Source: Gammaproteobacteria bacterium
Lineage (GTDB): Bacteria > Pseudomonadota > Gammaproteobacteria > Steroidobacterales > Foliamicaceae
Direction of reading: 5' to 3'
Length of the DNA stretch: 64,000 nucleotides
NCBI GenBank assembly: GCA_965200225.1
Contig: CBDATM010000001.1
Location: forward strand, 1,819,860 to 1,883,859
The notes under the pieces were generated by a model. That model did no database searches and was not told the DNA's origin. It saw nothing but the letters and a program-made list of their open reading frames with translations. The stretch's first letter is position 1. Each line of letters begins with the position of its first letter. This document shows, one piece after another, positions 36,943-46,039 of this stretch. The translations under genes were made by a program, and so were the position numbers.

Positions 36943-37913
36943 CAACTTTCTGCGCGCGGCTGTGCCAGCGGCAGCAGCCAGACCTCGGCCGGGATTCCCT
37001 GGCGGCGCCATCGCGTGCGAACCGTTTCGCCGCCGCGGTCCAGAAGGCTGGTGAGAAAGAACCGCGCGCCGTCCACATCCACGGCCAGATGCAGCTGAAA
37101 CCAGTCGCTGGCAAGCGCCACCCGGCTCGCCATATTGGAGGGCAGGTCGCGCAGCGCCTCGCCCAGGTCGCTGATGCCTCCGCCTTTCTGCGCTTCGAGC
37201 CAGAACTGCACGCGCACCGGGTTCGGATCCTCCGCAAGCGACTGCAGCACAGGCTCGCTCGCGGTATTGAGGTTGATGGGGGTGGGCAGTCCCGTTACCG
37301 GCAAGGCCGTGACATGCGGCGCCAGAACGCTCCAGGCCTCCGCGCTGAAGCCTTCAACGGCCAGCAACTCCGATACGTCCTCCAACGGTCGATTGGGCGC
37401 CTGATAGGGTGGGTCCAGCCGCGTGTAGGCCTCGTCCTCTGCCCCCGCCATGGGCTGTGGTAGATTGTCGGCGTCCATCCAGTCCAGCGCCTTGTAGGCC
37501 AGCGTTTCGTCGAGTCCGAGAATGCGAAGCAGCCGCTGAAACTGCGCTACGGCAATCATGTCTGCCGTTCCCTCCACGGTAACCAGATTGTTGACGTTGA
37601 AGCGCCCCTGCATGTCTTCCATGCGGCCCTGGAACGTCCCCTGCCCGGGAACGACTTCGCTGATCCCCTGGGCCCAGTTTTCGCCGCGGTGGTCGGTACC
37701 GCTGGCGCTGGCGTCGGCAGCCAGAATTTCCGCCGCCAGCTCCTCGATGCCAAGCGCCATCATGCGCCCGCCGATATTGCCGATCAGGGCCTTCGACGAC
37801 TGGCTTTCGACTTGCAGCGTGAACATTCGCTCGGAGCCGAGAATGCCGGCCAGACTGACCACCAGCAAGGCCGACATGAGCGCCAAGCCTCTTTGCGAAC
37901 GTCCGGAATTCAA
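36942..37913 (-). CDS. gspK: type II secretion system minor pseudopilin K
   Basis: TTG 37913 overlaps gspJ stop (TTGA); N-terminus QRGLALMSALLVVSLAGIL. Confidence 0.8.
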   Translation of the reverse strand: MNSGRSQRGLALMSALLVVSLAGILGSERMFTLQVESQSSKALIGNIGGRMMALGIEELAAEILAADASASGTDHRGENWAQGISEVVPGQGTFQGRMEDMQGRFNVNNLVTVEGTADMIAVAQFQRLLRILGLDETLAYKALDWMDADNLPQPMAGAEDEAYTRLDPPYQAPNRPLEDVSELLAVEGFSAEAWSVLAPHVTALPVTGLPTPINLNTASEPVLQSLAEDPNPVRVQFWLEAQKGGGISDLGEALRDLPSNMASRVALASDWFQLHLAVDVDGARFFLTSLLDRGGETVRTRWRRQGIPAEVWLLPLAQPRAES

Positions 37914-38530
37914 GTGCCTACCTCGATGAGACGCATGATTTCTTCCGATCCTTCGACCGCCAGCGTCACCCTCACGCCAACCGGCACCGTGTCGGCAGCG
38001 CTCTCTCCGGATGGAGGCCAGAAGTCCATCCATGCTTCCGCTGCCAGCCCGCGGGCGGGCAGAAATTCCACCCGGAAGCTCTGCACGCCCGCTACCAGTA
38101 GTTCTCCAGCAGGTTGCGTGGCCGAGATACGGTCGAGAACCGGCCAGTATTCCCGGAAAAGCCGTCCCTCCGTCAGCCGATAGCGCACTCTCTGAAGCTC
38201 GGCTCGCGGCAGAAGAGCCGGGTTCAACCACCCGCCTCGGGTGAAAATCAATTCCGTTTCCGAAGCATACAGCGCCGGATCATAGTCCTGTCCCAGGATA
38301 CTGCGCACCGGGCGCGCACGCAGTTGGGCAAGGTCGTTCTCGATCTGGCGAACCGTGCGAAGCACGGCCGCCCAGCGCTGCTGCGACGCATCCAGCGCAT
38401 CGGACTGGGTTACCGCCTGTCCGAGGCTGCCGAACGCCAACGCGGCCATGACCGCGAAGATCGCTAATGCCACCAGCAGTTCGATCAGGGTGAACCCGCC
38501 GCGAGGTCCCGGGACGCGCCAGCGAATCAA
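37910..38530 (-). CDS. gspJ: type II secretion system minor pseudopilin J
   Basis: TTG start overlaps gspI stop (TTGA); prepilin N-terminus GGFTLIELLVALAIF. Confidence 0.8.
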   Translation of the reverse strand: MIRWRVPGPRGGFTLIELLVALAIFAVMAALAFGSLGQAVTQSDALDASQQRWAAVLRTVRQIENDLAQLRARPVRSILGQDYDPALYASETELIFTRGGWLNPALLPRAELQRVRYRLTEGRLFREYWPVLDRISATQPAGELLVAGVQSFRVEFLPARGLAAEAWMDFWPPSGESAADTVPVGVRVTLAVEGSEEIMRLIEVGT

Positions 38531-39024
38531 CTGGACTCCTCCGATTCCGCCGCGTTGCGCGGTTCGGCCCGCTCGGCCTGCTCGAGTTGCTCGGCCTGCT
38601 CGAGTTGCTCGGGCTGCTCGGGCTGCTCGCCAGGGTCGGTCGGGTCAGTCAGATCGGTCGGCTCGACCTGATCGGTAACGCGCACCATTCCGCGCGCCGA
38701 TGCAATCGGCCTGGCGTTGCGCTCCGGGCCAACCCGCACCTCGATGTCGCGCAAGCGTCCCGGTCCCGATTCCTGCACCCGGTACTCCACCCACCAGAGC
38801 CTGCCCGAAATCTCCTCCTGCCGCGCGGTCCCGGCGCGCGGCGCCTGGTTGGCGAGTCGAAGCGCGGTTAGGGCGTCGGCCGCCGCCCAGTTCGCAAGCG
38901 TCCGAACGCGCAGTTGCTCCGCCGAGCGGGACGCCTGACCCAGGGCGCCGAAAACGGTGGTGACGCCCAGGGCCACTACCGCCAGCGCCACCAGCACCTC
39001 AACGAGCGTAAAACCCCTCCTCAT
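38527..39024 (-). CDS. gspI: type II secretion system minor pseudopilin I with acidic repeat tail
   Basis: MRRGFTLVEVLVALAVV; ATGA overlap with gspH; C-terminal tail PTDLTDPTDPGEQPEQPEQLEQAEQLEQAE. Confidence 0.8.
   Translation of the reverse strand: MRRGFTLVEVLVALAVVALGVTTVFGALGQASRSAEQLRVRTLANWAAADALTALRLANQAPRAGTARQEEISGRLWWVEYRVQESGPGRLRDIEVRVGPERNARPIASARGMVRVTDQVEPTDLTDPTDPGEQPEQPEQLEQAEQLEQAERAEPRNAAESEESS
38571..38665 (-). repeat. in-frame tandem repeats (18-bp x2, 9-bp x2 and related units) encoding the GspI tail
   Basis: gctcggcctgctcgagtt x2 (38571-38606), gctcgggct x2 (38607-38624), then gtcggtcgggtcagtcagatcggtcgg. Confidence 0.8.
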
Positions 39025-39563
39025 GGCTGCTTTACATCCAGGAGTCCCCACGGACCGAACTCCACCACCGTGCCCGCTTCCGACGTGCCCTCCAGCTTCA
39101 GCGAGAAGGGCGTGAATTCACCTTCGGGCAACAGGATGATCTGCGGCGCCAAGGCGTCGCGCGACGAGCCGGCCGTCACTGTGCGCCCGTCGATCTTCAG
39201 CTCGAATTCAAGATGAGGAGGCCAGGAACGTGGCGCCAGCGCCCCTCTTTCGCCCACAGGACTCCACGCAAGCCTCAAAGCGGGCTCATCCCGGGATTCG
39301 TATGGCAAGAGTTCGTGATAGGAGTAGCCGAGCGAATCGAATCGCAGGCCCAACACCCTTCCTTGCAGGCGGCTCTCGTCCGCCGCCAGGCGCAGGGTGG
39401 CCGAGAGCCGGCGCGCCTCGCGCTCCACTCCGCTGCGGGAGGCGCCCACCGAGAGCACGGCCATCCCGGCAAGCAATCCGATGATCGCCAGCACCACGAG
39501 AATCTCGATCAGCGTAAACCCGCGTGCACGCGCGGTCGCCTCGGCCTGCGCCATCACGATCAC
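39021..39563 (-). CDS. gspH: type II secretion system minor pseudopilin H
   Basis: GTGA overlap with gspG; ARGFTLIEILVVLAIIGLLA. Confidence 0.8.
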   Translation of the reverse strand: MIVMAQAEATARARGFTLIEILVVLAIIGLLAGMAVLSVGASRSGVEREARRLSATLRLAADESRLQGRVLGLRFDSLGYSYHELLPYESRDEPALRLAWSPVGERGALAPRSWPPHLEFELKIDGRTVTAGSSRDALAPQIILLPEGEFTPFSLKLEGTSEAGTVVEFGPWGLLDVKQP

Positions 39564-39985
39564 GATTGCTGATCGAGATTCCAGTTCCCTACGTCCTGAT
39601 CCTGCCCCTCGCCGCCTTCCCGGCCGTCCCGGCCCAGCGTGTAGATATCCAGTTCGCCGTTGCGTCCCGGGTTGCGATACAGATAGGGCCGGTTCCAGGG
39701 ATCCGTGGGCAGGCGCCGCATGTAGCCGCCTTGCGGCCAGCGCAGGTCGGGATCGTTGGGGCGTTCCACCAGTATCTGCAAGCCCTCGGCGTTGCTGGGA
39801 TAGCGGAAATTGTCCAACCGGAAGATATCCAGGGCCGCCTCGATCGCCTGAATGTCGGCGCGGGCGCGGGTCACTCGCGCATCATCGACGCGGCTGATGT
39901 AGACGCCGGTCGCGATGGATACCAGGATCCCGATGATCGCCAGCACCACCAGGATTTCCATGAGCGTGAACCCGCGTCCACGCAC
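39560..39985 (-). CDS. gspG: type II secretion system major pseudopilin G
   Basis: Start GTG 39985 (AGGA 4 nt upstream) or GTG 40003; RGFTLMEILVVLAIIGIL...DPWNRPYLY. Confidence 0.85.
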   Translation of the reverse strand: MRGRGFTLMEILVVLAIIGILVSIATGVYISRVDDARVTRARADIQAIEAALDIFRLDNFRYPSNAEGLQILVERPNDPDLRWPQGGYMRRLPTDPWNRPYLYRNPGRNGELDIYTLGRDGREGGEGQDQDVGNWNLDQQS

Positions 39986-40165
39986 CCGGTCCTTGCCGCG
40001 CACGGACCGGCGGCGGCGCAGCCTCGCCCACCGCAGCGCGGCCCGAAAACCGGGCCAACCCGGTTGAGCGATGAAGCATCGACGCAAACTCGATATCGAA
40101 TACATCCAACGGATACCGCAATTACCCAGGACAATTCCAACACTGTAACAGCTTGGGCGCACAAG

Positions 40166-40288
40166 GTTCAGGTTCCCGTCCGGGTTCCTCCTTCTGCTCT
40201 TGTTCGGGTTCCGCTTGCCGCTTCTGTTCGGGTACCGCTTCCTGCTCCTGTTCCGGTCCAGATTCCGGTTCAGGTTCCCGTCCGTGCC
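40166..40288. repeat. degenerate tandem/dispersed repeats in the gspG-fabG divergent region
   Basis: caggttcccgtccg at 40168 and 40271; tgttcgggt(t/a)ccgctt at ~40199 and ~40224. Confidence 0.65.
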
Positions 40289-40317
40289 GGATTACGCTTC
40301 GCCTATAATTTTCCGGC

Positions 40318-41067
40318 GTGCATGACGATCCCAACCTCTTCTCGCTTGGCGGAGAAGTCGCGCTGATAACCGGGGCCACGCGGGGCGTCGGCGCTGAAAT
40401 CGTGAAACAGTTTGCGGCCGCCGGGGCGGAAGTGATCGGGACTGCCACGACGGACGAAGGCGCCCGGAAAATCGCTCGCCGGCTCAACAATGCCAGCGCC
40501 GGAAAGGTCCTCGACGTGGCGTCCGACGAAAGCGTGCAGGCGCTGATGACCGATTTGGCTGGCCGCCCGCCAACCATCCTGGTGAACAATGCCGGCATCA
40601 CTCGTGACAACCTGCTGCTTCGCATGAAGCCGGAAGACTGGCAGAGGGTCATCAATACCAATCTCAGTTCCGCCTACCGCTTGTGCAAGGCTTGTGTGCG
40701 CGGAATGTTGAAGGCGCGCCGTGGGCGCATAATCAACCTGTCGTCGGTCGTCGGAGTGGCCGGCGCGGCGGGGCAGGGCAATTACGCAGCCGCCAAGGCC
40801 GGACTGCTGGGGTTCACCCGCGCTCTGGCGCTGGAAGTGGCCAGCCGCGGCATCACCGTCAACGCCATCGCGCCGGGCTATATCGAAACCGACATGACGG
40901 CCGGAGTTTCCGCTGCGCGGCAGGACGCCGTGATTGCAGGCATCCCCGCCGGGCGGGCGGGAACTCCGCTGGACGTGGCCGCCGCCGCGGTCTACCTGGC
41001 GTCTCCGGCCGCCGCCTATGTGACCGGCAGTACGCTGCACGTCAACGGTGGCCTGTGGACCGGTTGA
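40318..41067 (+). CDS. fabG: 3-oxoacyl-ACP reductase
   Basis: GEVALITGATRGVG...NYAAAKAGLLGFTRALALE...; upstream of acpP. Confidence 0.9.
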   Translation: MHDDPNLFSLGGEVALITGATRGVGAEIVKQFAAAGAEVIGTATTDEGARKIARRLNNASAGKVLDVASDESVQALMTDLAGRPPTILVNNAGITRDNLLLRMKPEDWQRVINTNLSSAYRLCKACVRGMLKARRGRIINLSSVVGVAGAAGQGNYAAAKAGLLGFTRALALEVASRGITVNAIAPGYIETDMTAGVSAARQDAVIAGIPAGRAGTPLDVAAAAVYLASPAAAYVTGSTLHVNGGLWTG

Positions 41068-41200
41068 CTCGCATGCAGGCGTTCCCCGGTTCGCTTGCGC
41101 TTGCTGAGCTTGTTGCTGTTCCGGTGGTGCGCTTATTCCGCTAAAATAGGCGGCTATCGAATTTCAGTTGGGTTCGCCCGGCGTATGGGGAATTGCATCC

Positions 41201-41440
41201 ATGAGCAACATCGAACAACAGATCAAGGCGATCATCGCAGAACAACTTGGCGTTTCCGAGTCCAGCATCACGAACGAATCATCGTTTGTGGACGACCTGG
41301 GCGCCGATTCGCTGGACACGGTGGAGTTGGTCATGGCGCTTGAAGAAGAGTTCGAGACCGAAATTCCCGACGAGAACGCCGAGCAGATCACAACCGTTCA
41401 GGAAGCCATCAACTTCATTACAGCCCGCCTTGAGGAATAG
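41201..41440 (+). CDS. acpP: acyl carrier protein
   Basis: [12 protein letters not shown]...[20 protein letters not shown]. Confidence 0.95.
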   Translation: MSNIEQQIKAIIAEQLGVSESSITNESSFVDDLGADSLDTVELVMALEEEFETEIPDENAEQITTVQEAINFITARLEE

Positions 41441-41505
41441 CCGAGCCGGCTCGTCCCGCGATACGGGCTAGCACTAGTGCTAACAGGCCCCAACTGCCCC
41501 CTGAC

Positions 41506-42750
41506 ATGAAGGGTCGCCGCGTCGTAGTGACAGGCACCGGTGCGATCACGCCGGTGGGTAACGATACCGAGTCCGCGTGGCAGTCGGTAGTGGAAGGCAA
41601 AAGCGGCATCACGGTGCATGAAGAGCTGTCCCACATCGGCAAGTTCCCTTCGCGAATCGCGGGCCTGGTGCGGGATTTCGATCCCACCGAGTACATGGAT
41701 TCCCGGGACGTGCGCCGCTTCGACGCCTTCAATCACTACGGGGTTGCCGCGGGGATTCAGGCGCTTCGTTCCTCGGGCCTCACCATCGATGAATCGAATG
41801 CCGGCCGCGTAAGCATCTATGTGGGTTCGGGCATAGGCGGCATTCGCACCATCGAGAGCGCATACCACCGCTTCAGCGAACAGAACAATCCGAGGCGCAT
41901 ATCGCCTTTCCTGGTTCCGGGCATCATCGTGAACATGGCCTCGGGACTATTGTCCATAGAGACCGGCGCCCGAGGCCCGAACATCGCCGTAGCGACAGCC
42001 TGTTCCACCTCCACGCACTGCATCGGTCTGGGCGCGCGTTCCATCGCCTATGGCGAAACCGACGCCTGCATGGCCGGCGGCGCGGAGCGCTGCGTCGCCT
42101 ACCTTGGCATAGGCGGCTTTTCCTCCGCCCGGGCGCTGTCGGTGCGCAACGACGAACCGGAGCGCGCCAGCCGACCCTGGGACCGGGACCGGGACGGTTT
42201 CGTTCTCGCCAGCGGCGGCGTATGCCTGATGCTTGAGGAATACGAACATGCGCGGCGCAGGGGAGCGGAAATTCTCGCGGAAGTCAGCGGCTTCGGCATG
42301 AGCAGCGACGCCTACCACATTACCGCTCCGCCGGAGGACGGCGCCGGGGCTGCTTCGTGCATGCGGGCCGCGCTGGATGATGCCGGGCTGGACCCTCGGC
42401 AAGTGGATTACATCAATGCGCATGCCACGTCCACGCCACTGGGCGACCGTATCGAAGTGGAGGCAATCAAGCAGGTGTTCGGCGACCACGCCGGACGCCT
42501 CGCTGTCAGCTCGACCAAATCGATGACCGGACATTTGCTGGGAGCGGCCGGAGCGCTGGAGGCGCTTTACTGCATACTGGCGGTCCGCGACGGAGTGGCG
42601 CCGCCCACAATCAACCTGGACAATCCGGACGAGGGATGCGACCTGGACTTTGTTCCGCATAACGCCCGGGACATGGCGATCGACATAGCCATGAGCAACT
42701 CTTTCGGCTTTGGCGGGACCAACGGCTGCCTGATCTTCAGCCGCGTCTAG
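41506..42750 (+). CDS. fabF: 3-oxoacyl-ACP synthase II
   Basis: MKGRRVVVTGTGAITPVGN...; active-site region ATACSTS; C-terminal NSFGFGGTN. Confidence 0.95.
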   Translation: MKGRRVVVTGTGAITPVGNDTESAWQSVVEGKSGITVHEELSHIGKFPSRIAGLVRDFDPTEYMDSRDVRRFDAFNHYGVAAGIQALRSSGLTIDESNAGRVSIYVGSGIGGIRTIESAYHRFSEQNNPRRISPFLVPGIIVNMASGLLSIETGARGPNIAVATACSTSTHCIGLGARSIAYGETDACMAGGAERCVAYLGIGGFSSARALSVRNDEPERASRPWDRDRDGFVLASGGVCLMLEEYEHARRRGAEILAEVSGFGMSSDAYHITAPPEDGAGAASCMRAALDDAGLDPRQVDYINAHATSTPLGDRIEVEAIKQVFGDHAGRLAVSSTKSMTGHLLGAAGALEALYCILAVRDGVAPPTINLDNPDEGCDLDFVPHNARDMAIDIAMSNSFGFGGTNGCLIFSRV

Positions 42751-42806
42751 CAGTCCGTGGCAAAAGTCCCCCGTCGCACCGACTACGTTCGCTCTGATGC
42801 GACAAT

Positions 42807-43898
42807 TTGAGCCGGTCACGGCGCCAGAGAGCCGCAGATGGCCGTGACCTGCGGGACAGGCGGCTAGTGTCCCGCGAAGGCAAGCTGGGAATTGCTGCCG
42901 CCGCCGCGGCGCTGCTTGCGGTGACCGCGCTGTACGCGGCCCGGCTGGCTCTGGAAAGCCCTCTGGCGCAAGGCGCCGCCGACCGTGTGTTCGTGGTGGA
43001 GGCAGGCGATTCGCTCAACACGGTCGCCCAGGGGCTTGCGGACAACGAAATTCTCGTGCGCCCCTGGCTGTTCAAGCTGGCCGCTTTCGTATCCGGCACG
43101 GCCGACCGGATCCAGGTGGGCGAATATCGGATAAGCAATGCCGACACGCATCGCGCGCTGCTGGAGCGCATGGTGCGCGGCGAAGTGGTGCAACGCTACT
43201 TCACCATTGTGGAAGGATGGACGGTAAGCAGGCTTCTTGAAGCGCTGAACAGCGAGGATTTTCTGGTTTCCACGCTGGCGACGCGGAATCCGCAAGATCT
43301 CGCCGACGAATTGAACCTTGGATACGCGCATGCCGAGGGGCTGTTCTTCCCGGAGACCTACGCCTATACACGGGGAGAAACGGATGCGGAGCTGCTTTTG
43401 CGCGCGCACGCGCTCATGGAAGAAAAACTGTTTGCGGCATGGAGCGACCGTTCCGACGATTTGCCGCTTGACGATCCCTATGAAGTGCTGATACTCGCCT
43501 CCATCGTGGAGCGCGAGACCGGCATCGACGCAGAACGCCCCATCGTTGCGGGCGTGCTGACCCGCCGACTCACGCAGCGCATGCGGCTGCAAGCGGACCC
43601 CACCGTGATCTACGGCGTGGGCGAGTCCTACATGGGCGACATTACCCGCGCCCACCTGAACGAAGACACGCCCTACAACACCTACACGCGCTACGGGCTG
43701 CCGCCGACGCCCATTTCGCTGCCCGGCGAAGCGTCACTGCGCGCCGCGGCGCGACCCCGGTCCGGGAGCGCTCTGTATTACGTGGCTTCCGCCAACCTGG
43801 ATGGCAGCCACGTTTTTAACAATACCCTGGCCGAGCACAATGCCGCGGTGTCCGCCATGCGGCGAAGCCAGCGGGCTCGGCAGGCCAGGGGGCATTAG
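42807..43898 (+). CDS. mltG: endolytic murein transglycosylase (YceG family)
   Basis: LQADPTVIYG, NTYTRYGLPPTPI motifs; start TTG 42807 or GTG 42867. Confidence 0.85.
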   Translation: MSRSRRQRAADGRDLRDRRLVSREGKLGIAAAAAALLAVTALYAARLALESPLAQGAADRVFVVEAGDSLNTVAQGLADNEILVRPWLFKLAAFVSGTADRIQVGEYRISNADTHRALLERMVRGEVVQRYFTIVEGWTVSRLLEALNSEDFLVSTLATRNPQDLADELNLGYAHAEGLFFPETYAYTRGETDAELLLRAHALMEEKLFAAWSDRSDDLPLDDPYEVLILASIVERETGIDAERPIVAGVLTRRLTQRMRLQADPTVIYGVGESYMGDITRAHLNEDTPYNTYTRYGLPPTPISLPGEASLRAAARPRSGSALYYVASANLDGSHVFNNTLAEHNAAVSAMRRSQRARQARGH

Positions 43899-44007
43899 GG
43901 CGCCAAGCATGAAGCCTGGAGCCTGGAGCGTGAACCGTGGATCCTGAAGCGTGAAGCATGACCGTCATTTCACGCCGCCTGGTCCAGGGCATTGAGTCGG
44001 CCGTGAC

Positions 44008-44643
44008 ATGAAACGAGGCCGCTTCATAGCCATCGAGGGCATCGAAGGAACCGGCAAGTCCACCCATACGGCGTATCTGGCTGACTGGCTCGCGAAACAA
44101 GGCCAGCAGGTTGTCACTGCGCGCGAACCGGGTGGCACGCCCCTGGGAGAACGGTTGCGGGCCATACTTCTGGATCCCGGCATGGACTCAATGCCGCCCC
44201 TGGCCGAAGTGCTGCTCATGTTCGCGGCCCGCAGCGCCTTGATAAAGGAGGTGATCGCGCCGGCGCTTCAGCACGGCGCCTGGGTGCTGTGCGACCGCTT
44301 CGTGGAATCCAGTTACGCCTACCAGGCTTACGGCCGCGGAATTCCCATCGAACATGTGCAGACGCTTGATCGGCAAATCGTGGATGTGCTCAGGCCCGAC
44401 CTGACCGTGGTGCTCGACGCGCCGCCCGAACTGGGCTTGTCCCGCAAGGCAGGTCCGGGGAACAGGGATCGCTTCGAACAGGAAAGCCTGCAATTCTTCG
44501 AGCGCGTGCGCTCGGGATACCTGCATCGGGCCAGAGCAGGCGGCAGCCGCTATCGCATTGTGGATGCCTCCGTGCCGCTTGAGGAAGTGCGCAGGGAACT
44601 GGCGCAGGCGCTACGTCCATTCGTGAAGGATACGGCGCCGTGA
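44008..44643 (+). CDS. tmk: thymidylate kinase
   Basis: P-loop IAIEGIEGTGKST. Confidence 0.9.
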   Translation: MKRGRFIAIEGIEGTGKSTHTAYLADWLAKQGQQVVTAREPGGTPLGERLRAILLDPGMDSMPPLAEVLLMFAARSALIKEVIAPALQHGAWVLCDRFVESSYAYQAYGRGIPIEHVQTLDRQIVDVLRPDLTVVLDAPPELGLSRKAGPGNRDRFEQESLQFFERVRSGYLHRARAGGSRYRIVDASVPLEEVRRELAQALRPFVKDTAP

Positions 44644-45611
44644 CCAGCGGCGGAAATGGCACGGGCTTGCCGTGGCTGGCAGGGCTGGAATCGGAGTTGG
44701 GCGCCCAGGCGGCATCCGGCCAGTTGGCGCACGCCGTTCTGATATACGGTGCGCGCGGTAGCGGACGGCGGCGGCTGGCCGCATGGCTTGCGCAACGCAT
44801 CTTGCGCAGCGGTCGCCCCGTCTGGCCGGTGGAATCCGCGCCCGAAACCACCTTGCACGCGAACCTGCACCCGGCCGTGCCCGAGGAAGGCAAATCACTG
44901 CCGGTGGAACGTATTCGCGAATTGATCGACTTCATGCTGATGAGCGCATATGGCACGGGCGCCCGCGTTGCGGCGATTTGTCCGGCCGAATCAATGCGGC
45001 GCGCGGCGGCCAACAGCCTGCTCAAGATTCTCGAAGAACCCCGGCCGGACAGCTACCTGCTGCTGGTGGCGGAAAACACCCAGCCGCTGCCCGCTACCAT
45101 CATCAGCCGCTGCCGGCTTGTGAGAATCCCGGCGGTGAACCGGGACGAGGCCATCGCCTGGCTGTTGCAGCAGTCCGAAGGGGTGAATTGGCGCAATGCG
45201 CTGCGTCTTGCCGGCGGTGGGCCGCTGTGGGCGCAGGAATTGCATACGCAAGGGCTGGACAAGCGGGCACAGGCCATGAGCGCCCAGTTGGGAGCGCTTG
45301 AGAAACGCAGGGCGACCCCGGCCGAAGTGGCGCGCAGTTGGAAGGATGTTCCGCTGCGATTCTGGTGCGATTTTCTGTTCCGCTGTGCGTATCGCCGTAT
45401 ACGGGACTGGATGTTGACGGAAAAAAGTGCCTATAGGCAGAGATTTTTGCGGTTGCCAGAGGACGCGCGGCAAGAGATGATTCGCCGTAGCTTCGTTTAC
45501 CTGGACGCCATCGTGGAGTGCCGTCGTTCCGAACAATTTAGCGCCAACGCCGAATTGGCCGCAACCGCGCTGTTGCAAAGCTGGTTCGGCGGCTTTTGCG
45601 CCCGGCCATGA
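44640..45611 (+). CDS. holB: DNA polymerase III delta' subunit
   Basis: GTGA overlap with tmk; HAVLIYGARGSGRR...NSLLKILEEP. Confidence 0.85.
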   Translation: MTSGGNGTGLPWLAGLESELGAQAASGQLAHAVLIYGARGSGRRRLAAWLAQRILRSGRPVWPVESAPETTLHANLHPAVPEEGKSLPVERIRELIDFMLMSAYGTGARVAAICPAESMRRAAANSLLKILEEPRPDSYLLLVAENTQPLPATIISRCRLVRIPAVNRDEAIAWLLQQSEGVNWRNALRLAGGGPLWAQELHTQGLDKRAQAMSAQLGALEKRRATPAEVARSWKDVPLRFWCDFLFRCAYRRIRDWMLTEKSAYRQRFLRLPEDARQEMIRRSFVYLDAIVECRRSEQFSANAELAATALLQSWFGGFCARP

Positions 45612-45678
45612 GCGCGCTCGACTTCGACGTCCGGCCTTTGCGCTCGATCACGAAAGCGCCCGATCTCGGCGTCCGACC

Positions 45679-46017
45679 ATGAAGGTTCCCGGCTTTTACT
45701 CGCTGGTTCTGGAGGATTCCGAATCCATCGCGCAGTCCTGGATTCCGTTCCTGGTTCCAGCCGGCCTCTGGGTCCATGCCCGACGCGAGCATGCGCTGGG
45801 CGAAGAAGTGGTGCTGCTGGTGCAGTTGCCGGGAGGCACCAAGCACAGCGTGGCGGGCAGGGTGGCCTGGATCAGCGCGGAGAATCGGTCGCTGGGCGCT
45901 CGCCGCAGGACCGGTATTGCGCTCGACGGCGCCGAGGGAGCTGAACTCGCAACTCGCATCCGTCAGCTTGCCGGGACTGAATCCAGTCCGGCCGAAGCCC
46001 TGCTTGCCTGTTCGTGA
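45679..46017 (+). CDS. pilZ: PilZ-domain protein
   Basis: 112 aa, conserved position after holB; ...VLLVQLPGG...GRVAWI... Confidence 0.7.
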   Translation: MKVPGFYSLVLEDSESIAQSWIPFLVPAGLWVHARREHALGEEVVLLVQLPGGTKHSVAGRVAWISAENRSLGARRRTGIALDGAEGAELATRIRQLAGTESSPAEALLACS

Positions 46018-46039
46018 ACGGCGTTGCGGCGGCGGCCGC

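Noticed and set aside
40304-40320. TATAAT 8 nt upstream of the fabG GTG, suggesting a leaderless fabG mRNA
   Set aside because: There is no convincing -35. Leaderless translation normally needs AUG, and here the in-frame start is GTG. I keep it only as a note under the repeat-region finding.
40122-40661. 179-aa minus-strand ORF with an EPEPESGPEQEQEAVPEQKRQAEPEQEQKEEPGREPEP tail. Also the Gly-rich frame of ORF 19964..20755.
   Set aside because: The low-complexity tails are read-through of intergenic repeat arrays. The remainder is antisense to, or out of frame with, fabG and the SDR. No start context is present.
43899-44007. Short repeats (gcctgga x2, gaagcgtgaagcatga) and the imperfect hairpin gtgaagcatgaccgtcatttcac between mltG and tmk
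   Set aside because: The repeats are too short and imperfect to tell apart from chance by eye. The hairpin may be a weak terminator, but it lacks a U-tract.
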